From Candidatus Gastranaerophilales bacterium (GTDB taxonomy: Bacteria; Cyanobacteriota; Vampirovibrionia; Gastranaerophilales; Gastranaerophilaceae), in assembly GCA_944323635.1 (NCBI GenBank), contig CALUTH010000001.1, positions 1 to 39,869 of the forward strand: a stretch of 39,869 nt of DNA. Direction: 5' to 3'. Positions 20,311 through 30,827 of this stretch are shown one piece after another. The notes below the pieces were generated by a model. That model was given only the letters and a program-made list of their open reading frames with translations, did not search any database and was not told the DNA's origin. How positions within the stretch are numbered: position 1 is the first letter of the stretch; each line of letters starts with the position of its first letter. The position numbers and the translations under genes are program-made.

Positions 20311-20895
20311 CTATAGTATGAAAAAAATCGAAGCAATGTATACCAGACAAGTTAAGATGAATAATCCTGCCCCGAATAATTTAATGTATAATCTGAGCCG
20401 GTCTCTACCAGGTAAAGGAGGTGAGTCTGATGACGGCTTTAATATAAAATCGAATATTAATAATATCAAGTATGGAAACAATACTAAGGTTGGAAAATTA
20501 AAGGAAAAACTTTTGATAGAATAGCTGAAAATAACTCCTAACCAAAAGAGAGGAGAAACATCGCTTTTTATTCCCATCAATGTATATGTAGAAAAAATAA
20601 ATATACAAATTACAAAAGTTATAAATATAACCGGTAAACTAAAAAGCCATTTATCTTTTTTTATGATTAACGAAATCAAAAATCCAATAAAGGCATAAAT
20701 CATACTATAAGGAAACATAAATATCCAAGCAGTGAAAAAACAAATTGAAATATCTCCTACAGTTGTATTCAGAAATGACATAAAAAATAAAAAAGATAGG
20801 ATTCCAGATACTATAGTAGTTAAAAAGACCATACCTTGTAAAATAAAATATTTAAAGCTTAGTTTATTAGTAAGTTTACTTAAACTAATATTCAT
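20311..20895 (-). CDS. Hypothetical polytopic membrane protein
   Basis: 194 aa, very hydrophobic with ~5-6 TM helices. It is divergent from the lipase-like gene and lies in the most AT-rich part of the window. No family was recognised. Confidence 0.6.
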   Translation of the reverse strand: MNISLSKLTNKLSFKYFILQGMVFLTTIVSGILSFLFFMSFLNTTVGDISICFFTAWIFMFPYSMIYAFIGFLISLIIKKDKWLFSLPVIFITFVICIFIFSTYTLMGIKSDVSPLFWLGVIFSYSIKSFSFNFPTLVLFPYLILLIFDFILKPSSDSPPLPGRDRLRLYIKLFGAGLFILTCLVYIASIFFIL

Positions 20896-20957
20896 AACAA
20901 AAGAATACCATTATCTTGTAGATTTTACAATTAATTAAACGAAAGGAACAAATAAAT

Positions 20958-21974
20958 ATGTATAATTTTAAAACAGATATAAAATTTCACAATGAATTAA
21001 TGGAATGCGCAGCAAGCGCATATCAAGGAGTATATAAGCCCCCAATAGGATATAATCTAAAAGAAAAACATCATGATAAAGAAACGGGTCTTGACATTTT
21101 TATATTACAAAAAGGGAATAAAATTGTATTTGTTTATGGTGGAACACATGATAAAAAAGATATTGAAAGTGATAAAAATTTATATGACGGAGTAAAGCCA
21201 AGACAATTAGATAAGGCTTTTAGAAATGTATGATAAGTGTTCATTAAAATATAAAGGCTACGATATTTATATAACCGGGGATTCACTTGGTGGAAGTGAT
21301 GCGCAATATGTAGGTGCGCTAAGAGATGTCCCAACAGTTACTTTTAATCCTTGTGGTATTGGACATTTTATAGAAAGAAAAGATATAAGAGCAAAAACCG
21401 ATAAAATTATAAATTATTGTAATACAGAAGATGTTGTTCCAAGCTATAATACATCCCATCAACTTGGGGGTTGTTATAAGTTAGAGACAAAAAATAAGGC
21501 TCTTGGGGCTACAGTGATTGGTAACCATATGATTAAAAATCAAAAGCCAATAACAAAACAAGAAGAGATACCAAAAGAAAATTTAGGACTAAAATGGAAT
21601 GAAATAAAACCTCATATAGAAAAAGGAGTAAATACGTATAATCAAATAAAATCCTTACCAGAAACGGCAAAAAATAATATTAATCATGCTATTAATATAT
21701 ATTTGCAAAATGCTCTTGAACATACACCTCAATTTATGATGCAATTATTTAATAATTATTTGGATTCTTTTAATCAAACGCCTCCTGAGGCTAAGCCTGT
21801 ATCTTACGGCGGTAAGATTTATATCAAAGAATACCGCAGGATGGACGGAACGCGTGTTGAGGGGCACTGGCGCTCGCTGCCTGATGATGCGGTGACCCCA
21901 ATAAAAAACTTACTGATATGGATAAAGACGAATTGGATAAAGCATTGGATTTTTATATGGATGTGTATAAATAG
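20958..21974 (+). pseudogene. Class-3 lipase / alpha-beta hydrolase-like gene interrupted by two frameshifts
   Basis: IVFVYGGTHDKKD (ORF 20958..21233) and YDIYITGDSLGGSDAQYVG (nucleophile elbow GxSxG, ORF from 21226) are consecutive lipase_3-type blocks in frames offset by +1. The second ORF then runs through a terminator hairpin. The original frame reopens at 21888 and reads ...KKLTDMDKDELDKALDFYMDVYK-stop (TAG 21972-21974). Confidence 0.6.
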
Positions 21975-22009
21975 GTCCATACTCCTTTTATTTGTTTTAT
22001 GTAATAGTT

Positions 22010-22035
22010 GCCGGAGATTTCTCCGGCTTTTTTTT
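22010..22035 (+). terminator. Rho-independent terminator after the lipase-like gene
   Basis: Stem gccggag/ctccggc with loop attt, followed by T8. Confidence 0.85.
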
Positions 22036-22134
22036 AGAATAGCGGGTGGAGTAAAATTGCACTGCATACATACAGAAATCTTATTCAGGAATTATATGTT
22101 TCCTGCGTTTCTATTTATCCTAATATTTCCCCCT

Positions 22135-22193
22135 GCATTTACCCATACATTTACCCATACATTTACCCCCCCCCCCTTCCTACATTTACCCCC
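22135..22193 (+). repeat. CATTTACCC repeats (three at 12-bp period, a fourth 23 bp later) with an embedded C11 tract
   Basis: catttaccc occurs at 22136, 22148, 22160 and 22183. The C11 tract is at 22166-22176. Confidence 0.9.
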
Positions 22194-22245
22194 AGGTAGA
22201 CAAAAAAAATTTACTTGTTAAAATAGAATGTAAAAGAGGTTTATA

Positions 22246-22485
22246 ATGGATAAAATTGTTAAAATAGCTTGGGATTTGAATGAAAAATCCGAAAACAGAT
22301 ATGAATTAGTGTATGAAATTGCCGAATTAGCGAAAAAACTTGTTGACGAAGCACAGATGAAAAAAGAACGTGAAGATTTCGGGTATGAAGAAGTTTCTGA
22401 CAGTTCTTACAAAAAAGAAAATCCGATTGAACACGCTATTATGGTAAAAGCATCCGAATCGGATGATGAAGGGCTTATCGGCTAA
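22246..22485 (+). CDS. Small acidic protein, possibly RNA polymerase omega subunit-like
   Basis: 79 aa with an aagagg SD. ENRYELVYEIAELAKKL...EDF...NPIEHAI loosely matches the RpoZ N-terminal helix pattern (NRY..., cyanobacterial type). The assignment is weak. Confidence 0.45.
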   Translation: MDKIVKIAWDLNEKSENRYELVYEIAELAKKLVDEAQMKKEREDFGYEEVSDSSYKKENPIEHAIMVKASESDDEGLIG

Positions 22486-22660
22486 TTGACCGTTAGATGC
22501 GGGTTTTCAATCCCGATTGGATTATTGTAGCTGTCTGCGCATCGTGGTTTTACTGTGGGGCTGCGACAGTTTCATCAGGGGAAAATTTAAAGGGTTTATT
22601 AGTGTTTATACGGAAATTTCCCCGCGGGTAAGTTAGATTACAGGAGAGTACAGTTAAAAT

Positions 22661-23464
22661 ATGCAGGATGCCGTATCATTTATAAAGGATAAAATCGGTA
22701 GTTTTTCACCTGAAATCGGTATAATTCTGGGTTCAGGGCTGGGGTCGCTTGCGGACGATTATTGTGAAATTGCTGTTCCATATTCTGAAATCCCAGGGTT
22801 TAAGGCTTCAACCGTTGCGGGGCACAAAGGACGGCTTGTTTTTGCGGAAATCTGCGGTAAAAAAGTTGTTATGATGCAGGGACGGTTCCATTTTTACGAA
22901 GGTCACTCAATGGAAACAGTTGTGTATCCTGTGAAAGTTATGAAGCAGCTCGGTGTAAAGACATTAATTATAACAAATGCTGCAGGCGGGGTGAATTTTG
23001 ATTTTAAACCGGCTGATTTGATGATTATTACAGATCATATCAATTTTATGGGGACAAATCCGCTTATCGGCAAAAACGATGATACACTTGGCGTACGCTT
23101 CCCTGATATGAGTGAGGTGTATTCCAAAGAACTTATTGCAGTAGCGGATGAGTGTGCGGCAAAACTCGGTATAGAACTTAAAAAAGGTGTTTATATGGCG
23201 CTCACAGGACCGTCTTATGAAACACCTGCAGAGGTTAGAATGGCACGTGCCCTGGGGGCGGATGCTGTTGGTATGTCTACCGTGCCGGAGGCAATCACCG
23301 GACATTACTGTTCTATGAAAATACTCGGTATAAGCTGTATTTGTAATCAGGCTGCGGGTGTCAGCACTGTGGGACTTACGCATTCGGAAGTTATTGCCGC
23401 TGCCGATGCTGCAAAGAATAAATTTATAACTCTTGTGCTTGCGATTTTAAAAAGTTTAAATTAA
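22661..23464 (+). CDS. punA: Purine nucleoside phosphorylase (PunA/trimeric type)
   Basis: GIILGSGLGSLAD, GHKGRLVFAEICGKKVVMMQGRFHFYEGH, ITNAAGGVN, GPSYETPAEVRMARALGADAVGMSTVPE. Confidence 0.93.
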   Translation: MQDAVSFIKDKIGSFSPEIGIILGSGLGSLADDYCEIAVPYSEIPGFKASTVAGHKGRLVFAEICGKKVVMMQGRFHFYEGHSMETVVYPVKVMKQLGVKTLIITNAAGGVNFDFKPADLMIITDHINFMGTNPLIGKNDDTLGVRFPDMSEVYSKELIAVADECAAKLGIELKKGVYMALTGPSYETPAEVRMARALGADAVGMSTVPEAITGHYCSMKILGISCICNQAAGVSTVGLTHSEVIAAADAAKNKFITLVLAILKSLN

Positions 23465-23474
23465 AGGAGGGTGT

Positions 23475-26281
<2,807 letters not shown>

Positions 26282-26282
26282 T

Positions 26283-26732
26283 ATGAAACCAAAAAATAAA
26301 TTAAAACCTGAAAAAAAAGTAAAAATGATAGAAATAAGAGGTATTGGCGGGCTTTTAAAGCTGGGTTTTATCGGTATTTGTCTGGCTGCGGGTTTCGGCG
26401 TATTTCCCGGTTTTGCGCTTATGTACCTCTGGAATATTCTTCTTGCTGCAAATACACAGGTTCCTCCTATCGGCATTGTTCAGGGGTTGCTTTTGTACGG
26501 TATTTGTGTGGTTATATATATGCTCCGCAATCGTCCGAAGTTTTCTATTTCGTGCGGTTCGTTCAGCGAATTGTCGGATGAAGAATTGGAACATATTATT
26601 GCTAAGGCTAAACTTGATGCAGAGAAAAGAATGACAATGTCAAGTTTTGATATTTTTCAAAGTAAGCTTGAAGAGCTTGAAAAAACACAAAAAGAAGAAA
26701 AACAAGAAGATAAAGATAAAAAAGAAGTTTAA
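26283..26732 (+). CDS. Hypothetical membrane protein with charged C-terminal helix
   Basis: The ATG at 26283 follows an aggtgga SD; a GTG at 26274 is also in frame. It has two or three TM segments and then a K/E-rich tail. It lies immediately upstream of the sigma-factor gene. Confidence 0.65.
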   Translation: MKPKNKLKPEKKVKMIEIRGIGGLLKLGFIGICLAAGFGVFPGFALMYLWNILLAANTQVPPIGIVQGLLLYGICVVIYMLRNRPKFSISCGSFSELSDEELEHIIAKAKLDAEKRMTMSSFDIFQSKLEELEKTQKEEKQEDKDKKEV

Positions 26733-26737
26733 AAGGA

Positions 26738-27541
26738 ATGATTTTGAGTACTAAAAAAGTTCAGGAAAAAAATATAGATGAGACTTTAGAACAGTGGCTT
26801 GTGAGTTATCAGCAAAGCAGTAATGATAATGAACGTGCTAAATTAAAAACGCTGATTGTTACTGCAATGATGTCAAAAGTTAGAAAAATTGCGAAGACAA
26901 TCGCCCGACGGGATTACGACCCTGTCGATGATTTGGTACAGGCGGGCGCAATAGGGCTTATTAAGGCGATTGATAATTTTAAACCCGAACTGAGCAAGAG
27001 TTTCAGAATCTATGCAGGTTATTTAATTATCGGTGAAATGCGCCACTATATCAGAGATAAGATGTCTTTAATTCGTGTCCCGCGTGAAATTCAGGAATTG
27101 GCATATCGTATTAACAGTTTTGTAACGGATGTTTCCGATGATTATATTGACAATTTGACCCAGCAGGATATTGCGGAGGCGCTCAATGTTCCCGTAAAAA
27201 AAGTCGGTTATGCCATGGAAATGGACAGAAGAAAGAAAACAGTTTCTCTCGACCATATTTATGATAAACATAATCAAAATATTCCGTTCGAGGAAATTAT
27301 CGGGACTGATGACTACAAGTTTACGGCAGAAACGTACGACCAGAAAATAATTTTGAACGAAGTAATCGAAAAACTGCCGGAGGATTTGAAAGAACTTATT
27401 TATCTATATTATCACGAAGATTTGTCGCAAAAACAAATAGCTGAGCGGCTAAATCTTTCTCCGATGATGGTTTCCAGAAAACTCAAAAAAGCTTTTGATA
27501 TACTTTATTCATTAATTACTACAGAAAAAAGGAAAGTGTAA
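26738..27541 (+). CDS. RNA polymerase sigma factor, group 3 (SigB/SigF-like)
   Basis: Region 2 DDLVQAGAIGLIKAIDNFKPE...GYLIIGEMRHYIRD, region 4 HTH LSQKQIAERLNLSPMMVSRKLKKA. There is no region 1.1. Confidence 0.9.
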   Translation: MILSTKKVQEKNIDETLEQWLVSYQQSSNDNERAKLKTLIVTAMMSKVRKIAKTIARRDYDPVDDLVQAGAIGLIKAIDNFKPELSKSFRIYAGYLIIGEMRHYIRDKMSLIRVPREIQELAYRINSFVTDVSDDYIDNLTQQDIAEALNVPVKKVGYAMEMDRRKKTVSLDHIYDKHNQNIPFEEIIGTDDYKFTAETYDQKIILNEVIEKLPEDLKELIYLYYHEDLSQKQIAERLNLSPMMVSRKLKKAFDILYSLITTEKRKV

Positions 27542-28497
27542 TGATTAATTCCGATATACCGGTTGTATTATTTGTAGCCGTTGTCGGGTTATGTTTCGGC
27601 AGTTTTTATAATGTTGTAATCTTAAGAGGTTTAAGCGGCGAAAGTATTGCTTTCCCCGGTTCTAAGTGCCCCAAGTGCAACACTCCGCTAAAATGGTGGC
27701 ATAATATTCCTGTTTTATCTTATTTGATGCTCGGCGGCAAGTGCGCTTTCTGTAAGTGTAAAATCAGTGTTCAATATCCGCTTGTGGAGTTGATTACAAT
27801 GCTTTTGTTTATTGCCGCTTATCTCAAGTGGGGATTAACTGTTAAAACATTATTTGCACTCCTGTTTTTTTCACTATTTTTGATAACTACCGTTACGGAT
27901 ATTTTAGAAAGAGTAATTTTAACCCGTCACGCATATATTCTTGGCGGAGCGGGGGGTGTATACGCAATTCTTGCGATGTTTTATCCGCAATTAAACGGTG
28001 AAGTTTATCTCGGGCAAAATCCTCTCCTTGTTTCTATACTGGGGATTGCCGCGGGCGTGTGTGTTATGGAACTTCTTGCACGAAGCGGGTATTTGATTGC
28101 CGGAACACGCGCTTTTGGAGAAGGTGATTCTTATATTGCAGGTGCTCTGGGGGCGATATTCGGATGGAAATATATTTTAATTGTTCTCGCTGCAGGGTTT
28201 GTTGTACAGTTTGTTTTTTCTCTGCCGTTGTTTTTGATAAATACGTTTAAGTCCGGCGAAAAACTTACTGTAATTGAATTTTTATTGTTTATGATACTTG
28301 CTGCGGTTATGTGGTTTTTAGGTAACAGGGTTGAACAGGTTATTTATATAAGCGGGCTTGTTTTGCTTGCGCTTATTGCGCTGCATTTAATAAGAAATAT
28401 TGTCCGCGATATTAAAACCCCGTCAGGATGTACGTATTTGCCGTATGTTCCCGCGATGATACTGGCGGCATTTGCCGGCATGTTCCTCTGGTGGTGA
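27541..28497 (+). CDS. pilD: Prepilin (type IV leader) peptidase, A24 family
   Basis: N-terminal CPKCNTPL...CAFCKCKI with YPLVEL, and a polytopic core with GEGDSYIAGALGAIFGW. Its ATG overlaps the sigma-factor stop. Confidence 0.9.
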   Translation: MINSDIPVVLFVAVVGLCFGSFYNVVILRGLSGESIAFPGSKCPKCNTPLKWWHNIPVLSYLMLGGKCAFCKCKISVQYPLVELITMLLFIAAYLKWGLTVKTLFALLFFSLFLITTVTDILERVILTRHAYILGGAGGVYAILAMFYPQLNGEVYLGQNPLLVSILGIAAGVCVMELLARSGYLIAGTRAFGEGDSYIAGALGAIFGWKYILIVLAAGFVVQFVFSLPLFLINTFKSGEKLTVIEFLLFMILAAVMWFLGNRVEQVIYISGLVLLALIALHLIRNIVRDIKTPSGCTYLPYVPAMILAAFAGMFLWW

Positions 28498-28500
28498 TGC

Positions 28501-28742
28501 TGCCGCCTCGCGCTGTCTTGCTCGGCGGCGTTAAACGAGTCTACGGGCAAAGGCTCTCGTTTTGCCCTCCGCTCTCTGCCTCCTCGCGCTGTCTTGCTCG
28601 GCGGCGTTAAACGAGTCTACGGGCAAAGGCTCTCGCTTTGCCCTCCGCTCTCTGCCTCCTCGCGCTGTCTTGCTCGGCGGCGTTAAACGAGTCTACGGGC
28701 AAAGGCTCTCGCTTTGCCCTCCGCTCTCTGCCTCCTCGCGCT
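28501..28742. repeat. 76-bp GC-rich tandem repeat, 3 full copies plus a 14-bp partial copy
   Basis: Units start at 28501, 28577, 28653 and (partial) 28729. Copies 2 and 3 are identical, and copy 1 differs at 28505 and 28560. Each unit contains the hairpin gggcaaag-N7-ctttgccc. Confidence 0.97.
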
Positions 28743-28785
28743 CGAACCCGGGGCAATGCTGCGCATTGCGGGGTTCTCGTCCCAT

Positions 28786-28807
28786 AAAAAAAGACGCGTT
28801 TGCGTCT
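28786..28807 (-). terminator. Rho-independent terminator of tRNA-Gly
   Basis: On the - strand, the stem agacgc/gcgtct with loop aaac is followed by T7. Confidence 0.8.
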
Positions 28808-28816
28808 CAATTAATT

Positions 28817-28888
28817 AGCGGGAGACGGGACTCGAACCCGCGGCATTTTGCTTGGGAAGCAAACATTCTACCACTGAATTACTCCCGC
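28817..28888 (-). tRNA. tRNA-Gly (anticodon CCC)
   Basis: The reverse complement GCGGGAG-TA-ATTC-AGTGGTA-GAAT-G-TTTGC-TTCCCAA-GCAAA-ATGCC-GCGGG-TTCGAGT-CCCGT-CTCCCGC-T folds as a canonical cloverleaf. No CCA is encoded. Confidence 0.93.
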
Positions 28889-29015
28889 AGTGTATACTCT
28901 AATTCTATCACAAAAAACTAAAAATAAAACAGCATAGAATTGTTAGTTTATAAGTTGTGAATTAGATATGATTTTTACAATTGACTTCTAAACAGTGAAA
29001 GGTATTTTTAACCGC

Positions 29016-29525
29016 TTAGAATGCAGGAGGGATTGGAGAAGTAAAATATTTTCTTACAAAGTTTTCCGCCCATGGGATAAGTTTGGGGTATAAGCTGGTA
29101 TTGTGACCTCGCTTTATCCATTCCTGTTTATTCTCAATAAAATTGCCGATTCCCATTTTCATTTTATAAATAAATGCGTATAATCCTGTTCTGTCGGCAC
29201 CAGCTAAACAATGAATATGCGCTTTTCCGTTATTTTTAGATATTTGATCTATTAAATTTAGAAATTCCTGTACTTTTGCGGTGGTTGGGTGTTCTGATAC
29301 AGTTGGAATGTTGTGGTATTTCATCCCCAACTTTTCAACGACATCTTTTTCATTAAATGTTATTCTTTTGGCATACATGGTTCTGAAATTAATAATATCA
29401 GTTACACCTTGTTCTTTAAGCCATTTAAAATCGGCTATTTGCGGTTGCGCGGAGCGAGAAACAAACTTGTCTATTGTAGCATAGTTTGCGGGCATACCTT
29501 TAAATGTTATGGGTGATAGTTTCAT
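29016..29525 (-). CDS. Cys-based protein (tyrosine/dual-specificity) phosphatase
   Basis: P-loop HCLAGADRTG (CX5R) in a 169-aa protein. Confidence 0.85.
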   Translation of the reverse strand: MKLSPITFKGMPANYATIDKFVSRSAQPQIADFKWLKEQGVTDIINFRTMYAKRITFNEKDVVEKLGMKYHNIPTVSEHPTTAKVQEFLNLIDQISKNNGKAHIHCLAGADRTGLYAFIYKMKMGIGNFIENKQEWIKRGHNTSLYPKLIPWAENFVRKYFTSPIPPAF

Positions 29526-29799
29526 ATAAACTATGATTGTATTAAAAGTGTAATTATTTCAATATATATATTAAGTTTTGTTAAAACGGATATTTTTAAA
29601 ATATTGACAATCCAGTATTGATAAATAATTTTTGGCTTCAGGAAATAGATACTCGCACAAATGGTAGTATAATTCAGTAATCGCCTTTATTTTCCAGCTG
29701 TAAGAGGAAAAAGTACTTGCAATTTTCTTTAAGTTCTATTAAGATATTTATATAAATATTAAGAACAAAAAGTTGGCACATTGTTGGCTATAAGGAAAG

Positions 29800-30570
29800 A
29801 TGAGGATGACTACAAACGAAGAAGTACAGGATTTAAATTCAGGAGAAGCGGTTCGTCAAAAAATATTAGTAGCAGATGATGAAGCGAGTATCAGAAGAAT
29901 TTTGGAAACGCGTCTAAAAATGGTTGGTTATGACGTTGTAGTAGCTGAAGATGGAGAAGAAGCATTAGAATTATTTAACAAGACAAATCCCGATTTAGTA
30001 GTGCTTGATGTTATGATGCCTAAAATGGATGGTTATGGTGTTACAAGAGAGATTAGAAGAACATCGGATATCCCGATTATAATTTTAACAGCACTCGGCG
30101 ACGTATCAGAAAGAATAACAGGATTAGAGCTAGGTGCGGATGATTACGTAATTAAACCGTTTTCACCAAAAGAATTGGAAGCTCGTGTAAAAGCAGTTTT
30201 AAGAAGAAGCGGTGTTAAGGATGTTGTTATTCCTGCGGCAGGCGGCAAGGTTGCGAAGAATGTAATTACAACCGGCTGCATTAAGATAGATACTGCAAGA
30301 CGTCAGGTTTACCGTAAAAATGAGAGAATTCGTTTAACCGGTATGGAATTTAGTTTATTGGAGCTTCTTGTAAACAATTCCGGTCAAGCGTTTTCAAGAA
30401 ATGAAATATTGCAGCATGTATGGTCATATCCTGCTGATCATAGAATTGATACAAGGGTTGTTGACGTTCACATATCAAGGCTGCGTTCTAAACTGGAAGC
30501 AGACCCTGCAAATCCGGAGTTGATATTAACGGCTCGTGGTATCGGGTATATGTTCCAGAGAATAAATTAG
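29800..30570 (+). CDS. rpaB: OmpR-family response regulator, RpaB/Ycf27-like
   Basis: ILVADDEASIRRILETRL...PDLVVLDVMMPKMDGYGV...PIIILTALGDVSERITGLELGADDYVIKPFSPKELEARVKAVLRR closely follows the cyanobacterial/plastid RpaB (Ycf27) receiver. There is a C-terminal winged helix (VDVHISRLRSKLE...RGIGY). Confidence 0.88.
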   Translation: MRMTTNEEVQDLNSGEAVRQKILVADDEASIRRILETRLKMVGYDVVVAEDGEEALELFNKTNPDLVVLDVMMPKMDGYGVTREIRRTSDIPIIILTALGDVSERITGLELGADDYVIKPFSPKELEARVKAVLRRSGVKDVVIPAAGGKVAKNVITTGCIKIDTARRQVYRKNERIRLTGMEFSLLELLVNNSGQAFSRNEILQHVWSYPADHRIDTRVVDVHISRLRSKLEADPANPELILTARGIGYMFQRIN

Positions 30571-30597
30571 TAACGAAATAAATAGAGAAAAACAGAG

Positions 30598-30629
30598 CGT
30601 CATTCTATAATCAGGGTGGCGTTTTTTTT
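30598..30629 (+). terminator. Probable intrinsic terminator after the response regulator
   Basis: 8-bp stem cgtcattc/gggtggcg (5 Watson-Crick plus 3 G:U pairs) followed by T8. Confidence 0.55.
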
Positions 30630-30697
30630 AATTTATTCATATTAAAAAACTACTTGTAAGATAAAATTTATTTGATATACTAGAATTAGCTTGATAT

Positions 30698-30774
30698 GGC
30701 GGGATTCGCCAAGTGGTTAAGGCCCCGGATTGTGGTTCCGGTATACATGGGTTCGAATCCCATATCCCGCCCCA
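30698..30774 (+). tRNA. tRNA-His (anticodon GTG) with encoded G-1 and CCA
   Basis: G-GCGGGAT...CCGGA-TTGTGGT-TCCGG...ATGGG-TTCGAAT-CCCAT-ATCCCGC-C-CCA. The extra 5' G pairing with C73 is the His identity element. Confidence 0.93.
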
Positions 30775-30782
30775 TTAAATTC

Positions 30783-30810
30783 AAAACCCTCTTTATTAGA
30801 GGGTTTTGGT
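30783..30810 (+). terminator. Rho-independent terminator after tRNA-His
   Basis: Stem aaaaccctct/agagggtttt with loop ttatt. Confidence 0.7.
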
Positions 30811-30827
30811 CTATTTATTTGAATTAA

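Noticed and set aside
20192-20524. 110-aa ORF on the + strand after comF.
   Set aside because: It overlaps the 3' part of the more convincing hydrophobic membrane-protein ORF on the - strand. It starts inside comF, and its composition is not protein-like.
21975-22221. The C-terminal 80 residues of ORF 21226..22221 (…FTHTFTHTFTPPPFLHLPPGRQKKFTC).
   Set aside because: This part translates a rho-independent terminator hairpin and the CATTTACCC/poly-C repeats. The real reading frame most likely ends at TAG 21972-21974 after a frameshift.
22486-22660. Purine/guanine riboswitch upstream of punA.
   Set aside because: I could not find the conserved three-way junction core (…UAUA…GGAU AUGG…CUACC…) of the purine riboswitch. 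Only generic hairpins are visible, so it is reported merely as an unassigned structured leader.
28498-28745. Possible CRISPR array.
   Set aside because: The units are contiguous with no unique spacers, the 76-bp period is too long for a CRISPR repeat, and there are no cas genes in the window.
28741-28757. Partial tRNA-Gly duplication (attgccccgggttcgag on the - strand versus atgccgcgggttcgag in tRNA-Gly) as evidence of an integration scar.
   Set aside because: The similarity (14 of 16 positions) is suggestive. However, the segment is also one arm of the self-complementary hairpin at 28744-28776, so the match may be coincidental. It is mentioned only within the tandem-array finding.
28428-28921. 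ORF-track ORFs 28428..28610 (+), 28562..28921 (+) and 28607..28810 (-) running through the GC-rich repeats and tRNA-Gly.
   Set aside because: They lie entirely in the 76-bp tandem array, whose period is not divisible by 3, so the frame rotates in each unit. They also run into the tRNA gene and its terminator. They exist only because GC-rich sequence lacks stop codons.
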